From: Squalus acanthias
Lineage: Eukaryota
NCBI GenBank assembly: GCA_030390025.1
Contig: CM059431.1
Coordinates: forward strand, 140,184,001 to 140,248,000
Reading direction: 5' to 3'
Length of the DNA stretch: 64,000 nt
In this document: in pieces, positions 1-13,262 of the stretch
Layout of the letters: each line of letters starts with the position of its first letter
How positions within the stretch are numbered: position 1 is the first letter of the stretch
Translations under genes and position numbers: made by a program
Notes under the pieces: generated by a model
The model's database searches: none
What the model was told of the DNA's origin: nothing
Seen by the model: only the letters and a program-made list of their open reading frames with translations

Positions 1-139
1 AAACAGCAGGTTACACCCACTACGCGCTCACTGCCTGTAAACTGAGGCAGCCTCACGGTTTCTCACTCAATGCCACCGAGTGTTTAACTTGCTTTGTTTT
101 GCGCAGTCTTTCAGGAACAGCGGTGTAGGAAATGTGTTT

Positions 140-590
140 CGCAACATTAAAAACAGGAACAGGTTATTCAGTCCCTTGAACCTGATCCGCTCTTCAGTCA
201 GATCATGGCTGATCTGCACCTCAGCTCCATTCACCCGCCTTTGCTCCATATCCGGCGGTGCCCTGACCCAGAGAAACATGTTGGTCTCAGTCCTGTAATC
301 TACAATTGACCCCCAGCATCCACAGCCTTTTGGGGGAGCGAGTTACAGATTTCCACTACCCAGTCTGTGAAAAAATACTTCCTGATTTCACTCCTCAACA
401 GCCTGGCTCCAATTTTAAGGTTGTGTTCCCTTGTTCGAAATCACCCACCAAAGGAACTTGCTTCTCCCTATCTGCCCCATCGGAAAATTTTATAAATTTA
501 AACATCTCGATGAGATCACCCTCAATCTTCTAAATACAAGGGAATTCAAGGCAAGTTTATGCGACCTATCCAATGAATTGAACCCATTGT
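140..590 (-). mobile_element. Degenerate CR1 LINE 3' fragment
   Basis: Resembles the reverse complement of the CR1 3' ends at 36700-37055 and 50300-50690. Confidence 0.65.
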
Positions 591-691
591 AGTTCTGAGT
601 TAAAACAAAACTGCAGCAAATATCAGGGTGAATTGTTCTGATTCATGGGGCTGCAAGAAAGTGGGGATTGAGAATCTGGATTTAAAAGCAG

Positions 692-739
692 CGCCCGAAC
701 AGGGACTTGAACCTTGAGTCTCAGATTAAAAGTCTGATG
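692..739 (-). pseudogene. 5'-truncated tRNA-Lys(UUU) fragment
   Basis: Minus strand CATCAGACTTTTAATCTGAGAC-TCAAGGTTCAAGTCCCTGTTCGGGCG matches the anticodon arm, T arm and 3' acceptor strand of vertebrate tRNA-Lys(TTT); the D arm and 5' acceptor strand are missing. Confidence 0.75.
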
Positions 740-818
740 AGATGTTAAACCGTTGCCTCGCCTGCCCTCCCCGGTGGACCCTGAAGACCCCACCGCAATA
801 TTGGAAGAGGATCAGGGG
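736..818 (+). mobile_element. DeuSINE (Deu-domain) fragment
   Basis: gatgagatgttaaaccg...ggtggac...gaagagga.cagggg resembles the Deu core and the reverse complement of 10690-10790. Confidence 0.6.
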
Positions 819-1041
819 CTTAATCGAATCAGCCGCCTGTTAAAGTCTGCACCCGATTTTCCATCCCATTCCTTTCAATTTTAAGGAAAATCAGGCATCT
901 AATTCCATATCGCTCGTTTAGACCATCACCCGGAATTCAAATTCATGTGTACAAATTCCTCTTGGAGGTCAGCTCTACAGGGGCACTATCGCATCGGCTG
1001 CCTGTTGTACCCGTCGCTTCATATTCAATTCTAGTGAAGCC

Positions 1042-4000
1042 AATGGAGCTCAATATCAGGTGGGGAGTGTGGGGGCGATAATGGGACTGAATATCAGGCG
1101 GGGAGTGTCGGGCGGCCGATAATGGGACTGATTATCAGGCGGGGAGTGTAGGGGGGGCGATAATGGGACTGAATATCAGGCGGGGAGTGCAGGGCGACAG
1201 ATAATGGGACACAATATCAGGCGGGGAGTGTAGGGGGGGTGAAAATGGGACTGAAAATCAGGTGCAGAGTGTAGGGCAACTGATAATGGGACAGAATATC
1301 AGGCAGGGTATGTAGGTGCGATAATGGGATTGACTATCAGGCGGGGTGTGTAGGGGCGATAACGGGACTGAATATCAGGCGGGGAGTGTAGGGGGGACGA
1401 TAATGGGACAGAATATGAGGCGGGGAGTGTAGGGCAGCTGATAATGGGACAGAATATCAGGCGGGGATTGTACGGGTGATAAAGGGACTGAATATCAGGC
1501 AGGTAGTGTAGGGGTGATAATGGGACTGAATATCAGGCGGGGATTGTAGGGGCCGATAATGGGAGTGAATATCAGGCAGGGAGTGCAGGGGCTGATATTG
1601 GGACTGAATATCAGATGGGGTGTGTAGGGCAGCCGATAATGGGACTGAATGTCAGGCAGTGAGTGTGGCACGGCTGAAAATGTGACAGAATATCAGGTGG
1701 GGAGTGTAGTGCGGTCGATAATGGGACTGAATATCAGGCGGGGAGTGTAGGACGGCCGATAATGGGACAGAATATTAGGCGGGGAGTGTAGGGGCCGATA
1801 ATAGGACTGAAAATCAGGCGGTGAGTGTAGGGGGACCGATAATGTAACTGAATATCAGGCGGGGAGTGTAGGGCAGTCAATAATGGGACTGAATATCAGG
1901 CGGGGAGAGAAGGGGCCGATAATAGGACTGAATATCAGGCAGGGAGTGTAGTGCAGCCCATAATGGGACTGCATATCAGGCGGGGATTGTAGGGGGGCTG
2001 TAAATGGGACAGAATATCAGGCGGAGAGTGTACGGGCCGATAATATGACTGAATATCAGGCGGGGAGTGTAGGACGGCCGATAATGGGACAGAATATTAG
2101 GCGGGGAGTGTAGGGGCCGATAATAGACTGAAAATCAGGCGGTGAGTGTAGGGGGACCGATAATGTAACTGAATATCAGGCGGGGAGTGTAGGGCGGCTG
2201 ATAATGGGTCTGAATATCAGGCGGGGAGTGTAGGGGGGCTGATAATGGGACTGAATATCAGGCGGGGAGTGTAGGGGGGCCGATAATGGGTCTGAATATC
2301 AGGCGGGGAGTGTAGGGGGCTGATAATGGACTGAATATCAGGCGGGGAGTGTAGGGGGACCGATAATGGGACTGAATATCAGGCGGGGAGTGTAGGGCGG
2401 CCGATAATGGGACTGAATATTAGGCGGGGATTGTAGGGGTGATAATGGGACTGAATATCAGGCGGGGAGTGTAGGGGTCGATAATGGGACTGAATATCAG
2501 GCGTGGAGTGTAGGGACCGATAATGGAACTGAATATCAGGCGGGGAGTGAAGGGCAGTCGATAGTGCGACTGAATAACAGGCGGTGAGTGTAAGGGCCGA
2601 TAATGGGACTGAATTTCAGGCGGGGAGTGTAGGGGGGACGATAATGTGACTGAATATCAGGCAGGGAGTGTAGGGGGGACGATAATGGAACGGAATATGA
2701 GTCGGGCAGTGTAGGGCAGCTGATAATGGGACAGAATATCAGGCGGGGATTGTACGGGTGATAAAGGGACTGAATATCAGGCAGGTAGTGTAGGGGTGAT
2801 AATGGGACTGAATATCAGGCGGGCATTGTAGGGGCCGATAATGGGACTAAATGTCAGGCAGTGAGTGTGGTGCGGCCGAAAATTGGACAGAATATCAGGT
2901 GGGGAGTGTAGTGCGGTTGATAATGGGACTGAATATCAGGCGTGGAGTGTAGGGACCGATAATGGAACTGAATATCAGGCGGGGAGTGAAGGGCAGTCGA
3001 TAGTGCGACTGAATAACAGGCGGTGAGTGTAAGGGCCGATAATGGGACTGAATTTCAGGCGGGGAGTGTAGGGGGGACGATAATGTGACTGAATATCAGG
3101 CAGGGAGTGTAGGGGGGACGATAATGGGACAGAATATGAGTCGGGCAGTGTAGGGCAGCTGATAATGGGACAGAATATCAGGCGGGGATTGTACGGGTGA
3201 TAAAGGGACTGAATATCAGGCAGGTAGTGTAGGGGTGATAATGGGACTGAATATCAGGCGGGGATTGTAGGGGCCGATAATGGGACTGAATGTCAGGCAG
3301 TGAGTGTGGTGCGGCCGAAAATGGGACAGAATATCAGGTGGGGAGTGTAGTGCGGTCGATAATGGGACTGAATATCAGGCGTGGCGTGTAGGGGCCGATA
3401 ATATGACTGAATATCAGGCGGGGAGTGTAGGACGGCCGATAATGGGACAGAATATTAGGCGGGGAGTGTAGGGGCCGATAATAGGACTGAAAATCAGGCG
3501 GTGAGTGTAGGGGGACCGGTAATGTAACTGAATATCAGGCGGGGAGTGCAGGGCAGTCATTAATGGGACTGAATATCAGGCGGGGAGAGAAGGGGCCGAT
3601 AATAGGACTGAATATCAGGCGGGGAGTGTAGTGCAGCCCATAATGGGACTGCATATCAGGCGGGGATTGTAGGGGGGCTGTAAATGGGACAGAATATCAG
3701 GCGGAGAGTGTATGGGCCGATAATATGACTGAATATCGGGCGGGGAGTGTAGGACGGCCGATAATGGTACAGAATATTAGGCGGGGAGTGTAGGGGCCGA
3801 TAATAGGACTGAAAATCAGGCGGTGAGTGTAGGGGGACCGATAATGTAACTGAATATCAGGCGGGGAGTGTAGGGCGGCCGATAATGGGTCTGAATATCA
3901 GGCGGGGAGTGTAGGGGGGCTGATAATGGGACTGAATATCAGGCGGGGAGTGTAGGGCGGCCGATAATGGGTCTGAATATCAGGCGGGGAGTGTAGGGGG

Positions 4001-7000
4001 GCTGATAATGGGACTGAATATCAGGTGGGGAGTGTAGGGCGGCCGATAATGGGACTGAATATCTGGCGGGGATTGTAGGGCGGCCGATAATGGGTCTGAA
4101 TATCAGGCGGGGAGTGTAGGTGTGATAATGGGACTGAATATCAGGCGGGGAGTGTAGGGGTCGATAATGGGACTGAATATCAGGCGGGGAGTGTAGGGGT
4201 GATAATGGGACTGAATATCAGGCGGGGAGTGTAGAGGTCGATAATGGGACTGAATATCAGGCGTGGAGTGAAGGGCAGTCGATAGTGGGACTGAATAACA
4301 GGCGGTGAGTGTAAGGGCCGATAATGGGACTGAATGTCAGGCGGGGAGTGTAGGGGCCGATAATAGGACTGAATATCAGGCGGGGAGTGTAGGGGGGACG
4401 ATAATGTGACTGAATATCAGGCAGGGAGTGTAGGGGGGACGATAATGGGACAGAATATGAGTCGGGTAGTGTAGGGCAGCTGATAATGGGACAGAATATC
4501 AGGTGGGGATTGTACGGGTGATAAAGGGACTGAATATCAGGCAGGTAGTGTAGGGGTCATAATGGGACTGAATATCAGGCGGGGATTGTAGGGGCCGATA
4601 ATGGGACTGAATATCAGGCAGGGAGTGTAGGGGCCGATATTGGGACTGAATATCAGACGGGGTGTGTAGGGCAGCCGATAATGGGACTGAATGTCAGGCA
4701 GTGAGTGTGGCGCGGCCGAAAATGGGACAGAATATCAGGTGGGGAGTGTAGTGCGGTCGATAATGGGACGGAATATCAGGCGTGGCGTGTAGGGGCCGAT
4801 AATACGACTGAATATCAAGCGGGGAGTGTAGGACGGCCGATAATGGGACAGAATATCAGGCGGGGAGTGTAGGGGCCGATAATGGGACAGAATATCAGGC
4901 GGGGAGTGTAGGGGCCGATAATACGACTGAATATCAGACGGGGAATGTAGGGGCCGATAATAGGACTGAATATCAGGCGGGGAGTGTAGGTGCCGATAAT
5001 ACGACTGAATATCAGACGGGGAATGTAGGGGCCGATAATAGGACTGAATATCAGGCGGGGAGTGTAGGGGCCGATAATAGGACTGAATATTAGGCGGGGA
5101 GTGTAGGGGCCGATAATGGGACTGAATATCAGGCGGGGAGTGAAGGGGGGCCGATAATGTGACTGAATATGAGACGGGGAATATAGGGGGGCCGATTTGG
5201 GACTGAATATCAGGCGGTGAGTGTAGGGGGACCGATAATGTAACTGAATATCAGGCGGGGAGTGTAGGGCAATCGATAATGGGACTGAATATCTGGCGGG
5301 GATTGTAGGGCGGCCGATAATGGGACTGAATATCAGGCGGGGAGTGTAGGGCGGCCGATAATGGGGCTGAATAACAGGCGGGGCATGTAGGGGCCGATAA
5401 TGGGACAGAATATCAGGCGGGGAGTGTAGGGGGCAAATAATGGGACTGAATATCAGGCGGGGAGTGTAGGGCCGATAATGGGACTGAATATCAGGCGGTG
5501 ATTGTAGGGGGACCGATAATGTAACAGAATATCAAGCGGGGAGTATAGGGCAGTCGATAATGGGACTGAATATCTGGCGGGGAGTGTAGGGGCCGATAAT
5601 GGGAGTGAATATCAGGCGGGGAGTGTAGGGCAGTCTATAATGGGACTGAATATCTGGCGGAGAGTGTAGGGACCGATAATGGGGCTGAATATCAGGCGGG
5701 GAGTGTAGGGGTGATAATGGGACTGAATATCAGGCGGGGAGTGTAGGGCGGTCTATAATGGGACTGAATATCTGGCGGAGAGTGTAGGGACCGATAATGG
5801 GACTGAATATCAGGCGGGGAGTGTAGGGGTGATAATGGGACTGAATATCAGGCGGGGAGTGAAGGGCAGTCGATAGTGGGACTGAATATCAGGCGGTGAG
5901 TGTAGGGGCCAATAATGGGACTGAATATCAGACGGGGAATGTAGGGGCCGATAATAGGACTGAATATCAGGCGGGGAGTGTAGGGGCCGATAATAGGACT
6001 GAATATTAGGCGGGGAGTGTAGGGGCCGATAATGGGACTGAATATCAGGCGGGGAGTGTAGGGGGGCCGATAATGTGACTGAATATGAGACGGGGAATAT
6101 AGGGGGGCCGATAATGGAACTGAATATCAGGCGGTGAGTGTAGGGGGACCGATAATGTAACTGAATATCAGGCGGGGAGTGTAGGGCAGTCAATAATGGG
6201 ACTGAATATCAGGCGGGGAGTGTAGGGCGGCCGATAATGGGACTGAATATCAGGCGGGGAATGTAGGGTTGATAATGGGACTGAATATCAGGCGGTGAGT
6301 GTAGGGGCCGATAATGGGACTGAATATCAGGCGGGGAGTGTAGGGTTGATAATGGGACTGAATATCAGGCGGGGAGTGTAGGGTTGATAATGGGACTGAA
6401 TATCAGGTGGTGAGTGTAGGGGCCGATAATGGGACTGAATATCAGGCGGGGAGTGTAGGGGCCGATAATAGGGCTGAATATTAGGCGGGGAGTGTAGGGG
6501 CCGATAATGGGACTGAATATCAGGCGGGGAGTGTAGGGTTGATAATGGGACTGAATAACAGGTGGTGAGTGTAGGGGCCGATAATGGGGCTGAATATCAG
6601 GCGGGGATTGTAGGGCGGCCGATAATGGGGCTGATTATCAGGCGGGGAGTGTAGGGCAGTTGATAATGGGGCTGATTATCAGGCGGGGAGTGTAGGGACC
6701 GATAATGGGACTGAATATCAGGCGGGGAGTGTAGGGGTGATAATGTGACTGAATATCAGGCAGGGAGTGTAGGGGGGACGATAATGGGACAGAATATGAG
6801 TCGGGCAGTGTAGGGCAGCTGATAATGGGACAGAATATCAGGTGGGGATTGTACGGGTGATAAAGGGACTGAATATCAGGCAGGTAGTGTAGGGGTCATA
6901 ATGGGACTGAATATCAGGCGGGGATTGTAGGGGCCGATAATGGGACTGAATATCAGGCAGGGAGTGTAGGGGCCGATATTGGGACTGAATATCAGACGGG

Positions 7001-9400
7001 GTGTGTAGGGCAGCCGATAATGGGACTGAATGTCAGGCAGTGAGTGTGGCGCGGCCGAAAATGGGACAGAATATCAGGTGGGGAGTGTAGTGCGGTCGAT
7101 AATGGGACGGAATATCAGGCGTGGCGTGTAGGGGCCGATAATACGACTGAATATCAAGTGGGGAGTGTAGGACGGCCGATAATGGGACAGAATATCAGGC
7201 GGGGAGTGTAGGGGCCGATAATGGGACAGAATATCAGGCGGGGAGTGTAGGGGCCGATAATACGACTGAATATCAGACGGGGAATGTAGGGGCCGATAAT
7301 AGGACTGAATATCAGGCGGGGAGTGTAGGTGCTGATAATACGACTGAATATCAGACGGGGAATGTAGGGGCCGATAATAGGACTGAATATCAGGCGGGGA
7401 GTGTAGGGGCCGATAATAGGACTGAATATTAGGCGGGGAGTGTAGGGGCCGATAATGGGACTGAATATCAGGCGGGGAGTGAAGGGGGGCCGATAATGTG
7501 ACTGAATATGAGACGGGCAATATAGGGGGGCCGATTTGGGACTGAATATCAGGCGGTGAGTGTAGGGGGACCGATAATGTAACTGAATATCAGGCGGGGA
7601 GTGTAGGGCAATCGATAATGGGACTGAATATCTGGCGGGGATTGTAGGGCGGCCGATAATGGGACTGAATATCAGGCGGGGAGTGTAGGGCGGCCGATAA
7701 TGGGGCTGAATAACAGGCGGGGCATGTAGGGGCCGATAATGGGACAGAATATCAGGCGGGGAGTGTAGGGGGGCAAATAATGTGACTGAATATGAGATGG
7801 GGAATATAGCAGAGCCGATAATGGGACTGAATATCAGGCGGTGATTGTAGGGGGACCGATAATGTAACAGAATATCAAGCGGGGAGTATAGGGCAGTCGA
7901 TAATGGGACTGAATATCTGGCGGGGAGTGTAGGGGCCGATAATGGGAGTGAATATCAGGCGGGGAGTGTAGGGCAGTCTATAATGGGACTGAATATCTGG
8001 CGGAGAGTGTAGGGACCGATAATGGGGCTGAATATCAGGCGGGGAGTGTAGGGGTGATAATGGGACTGAATATCAGGCGGGGAGTGTAGGGCGGTCTATA
8101 ATGGGACTGAATATCTGGCGGAGAGTGTAGGGACCGATAATGGGACTGAATATCAGGCGGGGAGTGTAGGGGCCGATAATAGGACTGAATATTAGGCAGG
8201 GAGTGTAGGGGCCGATAATAGGAATGAATATCAGGCGGGGACTGTAGGGTTGATAATGGGACTGAATAACAGGTGGTGAGTGTAGGGGCCGATAATGGGG
8301 CTGAATATCAGGCGGGGATTGTAGCGCGGCCGATAATGGGGCTGATTATCAGGCGGGGAGTGTAGGGCGGTTGATAATGGGGCTGATTATCAGGCGGGGA
8401 GTGTAGGGACCGATAATGGGACTGAATATCAGGCGGGGAGTGTAGGGGTGATAATGGGACTGAGTATCAGGCAGGGAGTGAAGGGCTGTCGTAGTGGGAC
8501 TGAATAACAGGCGGTGAGTGTAAGGGCCGATAATGGGACTGAATATCAGGCAGGGAGTGTAGGGGCCGTTAATGGGACTGAATATCAGGCGGTGAGTGTA
8601 GGGTTGCCGATAATGTGACTGAATATCAGACGGGGAATGTAGTGGTCCGATAATGGGACTGAATATCAGGCGGTGAGTGTAGGGGGGTTGATAATGGGAC
8701 TGAATATCAGGCGGGGAGTGTAGGGTGGTGATAATGTGACTGAATATCAGACGGGGAATGTAGGGGGGCTGATAACGGGACTGAATATCAGGCCCGGAAT
8801 GTAGGGGCCGATAATGGGACTGAATATCAGGTGGGGAGTGTAGGGCAACCTATAATGGGACTGAATATCAGACGGTGAGTGTAGGGGCCGATAATGGGAC
8901 TGAATATCAGGCGGGGAGTGTAGGGGTCGATAAAGGGACTGAATGTCAGGTGGGGAGTGTAGGGCAACCGATAATGGGACTGAATATCAGGCGGGGAGTG
9001 TAGGGACCGATAATGGTACTGAATGTCAGGCGGGGAGTGTAGGGGTGATAATGGGACTGAATATCAGGTGGGGAGTGTAGGGCAACCGATAATGGGACTG
9101 AATATCAGGCGGGGATTGTAGGGCGGCCGATAATGGGACTGAATGTCAGGCGGGGAGTGTAGGGCGGTCAATAATGGGACTCAATATCAGGCGGGGAGTG
9201 AAGGGCATCTGATAATGGGACTGAATTTCAGGCGCCGAGTGTAGGGGCCGATAATGGGACTGAATATATGTTGGGGAGTTTAGGAGCCGATATTGTGACT
9301 TAATATCATGCGGGGAGTGTAGGGGCCGATAATGTGACTGATATCAGGCGGGCAGTGTAGGGGCCGATAATGTGACTGAATATCATGTAGGGGCGGCTGA
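1042..9400 (+). repeat. G-rich tandem array, ~36-39-bp monomer (GATAATGGGACTGAATATCAGGCGGGGAGTGTAGGGGCC), about 220 copies
   Basis: Directly visible periodic repeat with a strong G strand bias and higher-order block duplications. Confidence 0.98.
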
Positions 9401-9664
9401 TGGGATTCCACCCATTTTGCACTGCTGGCGAAGGATAATCATAGCCTCAGGTTGTGGGAGGACCAGCACCCGGTACAGTTTCACTCCCGACCTGTACCTC
9501 ACAGGTGCAGCGGTTAAATCATATTTTACCTCTTAGACAGAGTGACTTTGGTAAGATACTGTCAAGCTGTCAATCTCCCCTCTGTGTAAAGAGACATACT
9601 CCTGGTGTTTTTCCTAAACTCTGCCTTCAGCAGAAGTTCTCAGTGTTCAGTGATGATGGTGGAA

Positions 9665-10095
9665 TCTTCTTCTTAGGCAGTCCCTCGGAACCGAGGATGA
9701 CTTGCTTCCACATTAAAAATGAGTTCTCAGGTGACTGATGAGTCCAATGCGGGACCTACAGTCTCTGTCACAGGTGGGGCAGACGGTGGTTGAAGGGGCT
9801 GGTGGGTGGGGTGCTTGGGTTCGCGTGCGCTCCTTGCGCTGCCTGCGCTTGGCTTCCGTTTGCTCCCGGCGAAGAGATTTGAGGTGTTTGGCGCCTTCCC
9901 GGATGCTTCTCCTCCACTTTGTGCGGTCTTGGGCCAGGGATTCCCAGGTGTCGTTGGGGATGTTACACTTTTTCAAGGAGGCTTTGAGTGTGTCCTTGAA
10001 GCGTTTCCTCTGCCCACCTGGGGCTCTCTTGCCGTGCCAGAGCTCCGAGTAGAGCGCTTGTTTTGGGAGTCTCGTATCGGGCATGCGGACAATGT
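9665..10095 (-). mobile_element. RTE-clade LINE 3' fragment
   Basis: [15 protein letters not shown]...[12 protein letters not shown] and C-terminal [21 protein letters not shown], with an (AAG)n tail; near-identical to 20610-21100. Confidence 0.85.
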
Positions 10096-10494
10096 GACAA
10101 TGGTGGAATAATGAGGTGTTAATAGTTAGCCATGGATTCCCCTTCGCAGCAGATGCCCTATAATTGGCAGCCTTATCACGGCCACTTCCTTCTGAAGTAA
10201 CGAGACACGGATCTTGCCTGACAGGTGCCCAATGGGACACGGCAACCAACTTACCCAATGCAGGGGAGAGGCGCCTTAACAATGGCTCGGCGTCAATCTC
10301 CAGTAAAATTAATCCACGGCTGAGAACTTCCCGTCAAGTGGAGGCGATCCCTCTCCAGCAATTCGTAGGAACCTGTCAACAGAATCAAATTTATAAATCA
10401 CCAACAATGGAAGCAGGGAACGCCCCACTCAGCAACGGCACTGATGAAAGAAGAAAGAAGAATGAATGAAAATCAGACAGACAGAGATATTTCC

Positions 10495-10925
10495 GACATA
10501 CAGCGCATTTCACCACCTCAGCGCTTTACAGCCAATTAAGTACTTTTTGAAGTGTGTTCAATGCTACAATGTAGGAAACGTTACAGCCACTTTGTGCACA
10601 GCAAGGTCCAACAAACAGCAATGAGATGAATAACCAGATCATCCGTTTTTAGGATGTCAGGGGATAAATATTGGCCAGGACACCGGGGAGAACTCCACTA
10701 ATTTTCTTTGAAATAGTGGCATTTTTTACTTCCACCCGAGAGAGCAGACGGGGCCTCGCTTTAGCACTTAATTCTAAGTTCTTTCCAAAAGACGGCACCT
10801 CCGACAGTGCGCCGCTCCCTCAGCACTGCACTGAAGTGTCAGCCTAGAATTATGAGTTCAAGTTTCTGGAGCAGGACTTTAACCCAAGGTTCTGTGTCAA
10901 GATTGCTATCAACTGAGGCACAACT
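10495..10925 (-). mobile_element. DeuSINE / SacSINE1-like tRNA-derived SINE
   Basis: gggataaatattggccaggacaccggggagaactcc...gcagacggggcctcg...aaagacggcacctccgacagtgc is the reverse complement of the Deu domain as I recall it. Confidence 0.75.
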
Positions 10926-11240
10926 GACATGCTTAACGTGCCAACTTATTAGGTGCATCTTTTCAATGTTTGGAAGCAAATTCAACAGTAACTTTTAAAA
11001 TGGAATTGGATATATACGTAAAGTGGAAAAACTTGCAATGCCAAAGGGCAGCTAAATGGACAAAGACACGATGGGCGAAATGGCATCTTTCTGTGCTGTA
11101 CTGTTCTCTGATTCTATGATTAAGGTGTAACTGAGTTCAGTGAGTGAAACATAAAGATCCAAACAGAGGGATACTGATAAAGGTGTGACTGAGTACAGTG
11201 AGTGATACACTGAGTTACCAGCAGAGGGCGATAGATAAAT

Positions 11241-13262
11241 GTGTGTCTCAGTAATACCGCAGTGCTACAACCGAGGAAGAAAGAGTCAAATTGGACCCCT
11301 CCGGAGGGTCGCAACCCTAAGCTTGACATGTATGCTCAAGCTGTCAGGAAATGCATCAACGCCAGATTCATCAGCCGTACTCACAAGACAGTCCAGAATG
11401 TCACCCGAGCACAATGCAACGCCATCCACGCACTCAAGACCAACCGCAACATCGTCATCAAACCAGCGGACAAAGGAGGAGCCATCGTCATACAGAACAG
11501 AATGGACTATTGCAAAGAAGCATACCGACAACTGGACAACCAGGAACACTACAGACAGCTACCCGCAGATCCGACCAAAGAACACACCCGCCAACTCAAT
11601 AGACTGATCAAGACCTTCGATCCAGACCTTCAAAACATCCTACACGCTCTCATCCCACGTACTCCCCGCGTAGGAGACTTTTACTGCCTCCCAAAGATAC
11701 ACAAAGCCAACACACCCGGACGTCCTATCGTATCAGGCAACGGAACCCTGTGTGAGAACCTCTCTGGGTACGTCGAGGGCATCCTGAAACCCATCGTACA
11801 GGGAACCCCCAGCTTCTGTCGCGACACTACAGACTTCTTGCAGAAACTCAGCACCCATGGACCAGTTGAACCAGGAACACTCCTCGTCACAATGGACGTA
11901 TCGGCACTCTACACCAATATCCCCCACAATGACGGCATCGCTGCGACAGCCTCAGTACTCAACACCAACAACAGCCAATCTCCGGACGCCATCCTACAAC
12001 TCATCCGCTTCATCCTTGACCACAATGTCTTCACCTTCGACAACCATTTTTTTACCCAAACACACGGAACAGCCATGGGGACCAAATTCGCACCCCAATA
12101 CGCCAACATCTTCATGCACAAGTTCGAGCAAGACTTCTTCGCTGCACAGGACCTCCAACCAACGCTGTACACCAGATACATCGACGACATCTTCTTCCTT
12201 TGGACCCACGGCGAAGGATCACTGAAAGGACTACACGATAGCATCAACAGGTTCCATCCCACCATCAAACTCACCATGGACTACTCCTCAGAATCGGTTT
12301 CATTCTTGGACACACGAATCTCCATCAAAGACGGACGCCTCAGCACTTCACTCTACCGCAAGCCCACGGACAACCTCACGATGCTCCACTTCTCCAGCTT
12401 CCACCCTAACCACGTTAAAGAAGCCATCCCCTATGGACAAGCCCTGCGAATACACAGGATCTGCTCAGACGAGGAGGAACGCAATGGACACCTACGGACA
12501 CTGAAAGACGCCCTCGTAAGAACGGGATATGACGCTCGACTCGTCGATCGACAGTTCCGACGGGCCACAGCGAAAAACCGCATAGACCTCCTCAGAAGAC
12601 GAACACGGGACACAACCAACAGAGTACCCTACGTCGTCCAGTACTTCCCCGGAGCGGAAAAACTACGCCATGTTCTTCGCAGCCTTCAACATGTCATCGA
12701 TGACGACGAACACCTTGCTAAGGCCATCCCCACGCCTCCACTACTCGCCTTCAAGCAGCCGCCTAACCTCAAAAGTACCATCGTTCGCAGCAGATTACCC
12801 ATCTTTCAGGAGAACAGCAACCAAGACACCACACAACCCTGCCACGGCAACCTCTGCAAGACATGCCAAATCATGGACACAGATACCATCATCACACGTG
12901 AGGACACTACCCACCAGGTACACGGTACATACTCATGTGACTCGGCCAACGTTGTCTACCTGATACGTTGCAGTAAAGGATGCTCCAGAGCATGGTACAT
13001 CGGCGAGACCATGCAGACACTGAGACAACGTATGAACGGACACCGCGCAACAATCGCCAGGCAGGAGGGTTGCCTCCCAGTCGGGGAACACTTCAGCAGC
13101 CAGGGGCATTCAGCCTCGGATCTGCGGGTAAGCGTTCTCCAAGGCGGCCTTCGAGATACACGACAGCGCAAAATCATAGAGCAGAAACTGATAGCCAAGT
13201 TCGGCACTCATGAGGATGGCCTCAATCGCGATCTCGGGTTCATGTCACGATACAGAACGTGA
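11241..13262 (+). CDS. Penelope reverse transcriptase + GIY-YIG endonuclease (N-terminus truncated; first codons come from flanking DNA)
   Basis: IKPADKG, LPKIHK...GRPIVS, GTAMG, RYIDD, CHGNLCKTC linker, NVVYLIRC...WYIGET. Confidence 0.93.
   Translation: MCLSNTAVLQPRKKESNWTPPEGRNPKLDMYAQAVRKCINARFISRTHKTVQNVTRAQCNAIHALKTNRNIVIKPADKGGAIVIQNRMDYCKEAYRQLDNQEHYRQLPADPTKEHTRQLNRLIKTFDPDLQNILHALIPRTPRVGDFYCLPKIHKANTPGRPIVSGNGTLCENLSGYVEGILKPIVQGTPSFCRDTTDFLQKLSTHGPVEPGTLLVTMDVSALYTNIPHNDGIAATASVLNTNNSQSPDAILQLIRFILDHNVFTFDNHFFTQTHGTAMGTKFAPQYANIFMHKFEQDFFAAQDLQPTLYTRYIDDIFFLWTHGEGSLKGLHDSINRFHPTIKLTMDYSSESVSFLDTRISIKDGRLSTSLYRKPTDNLTMLHFSSFHPNHVKEAIPYGQALRIHRICSDEEERNGHLRTLKDALVRTGYDARLVDRQFRRATAKNRIDLLRRRTRDTTNRVPYVVQYFPGAEKLRHVLRSLQHVIDDDEHLAKAIPTPPLLAFKQPPNLKSTIVRSRLPIFQENSNQDTTQPCHGNLCKTCQIMDTDTIITREDTTHQVHGTYSCDSANVVYLIRCSKGCSRAWYIGETMQTLRQRMNGHRATIARQEGCLPVGEHFSSQGHSASDLRVSVLQGGLRDTRQRKIIEQKLIAKFGTHEDGLNRDLGFMSRYRT

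Noticed and set aside
5810..7520. Extensin-like ORFs (PLHSPPDIQSHYR)n
   Set aside because: Chance open stretches of the G-rich satellite, whose monomer length varies freely.
1042..9400. Immunoglobulin switch-region-like G-rich array
   Set aside because: No enrichment of AGCT motifs and no Ig exons in the window.
9713..10282. 189-aa ORF as a zinc-finger host gene
   Set aside because: Its C-terminal part is an RTE LINE 3' end duplicated at 20610-21101; the rest is flanking read-through.
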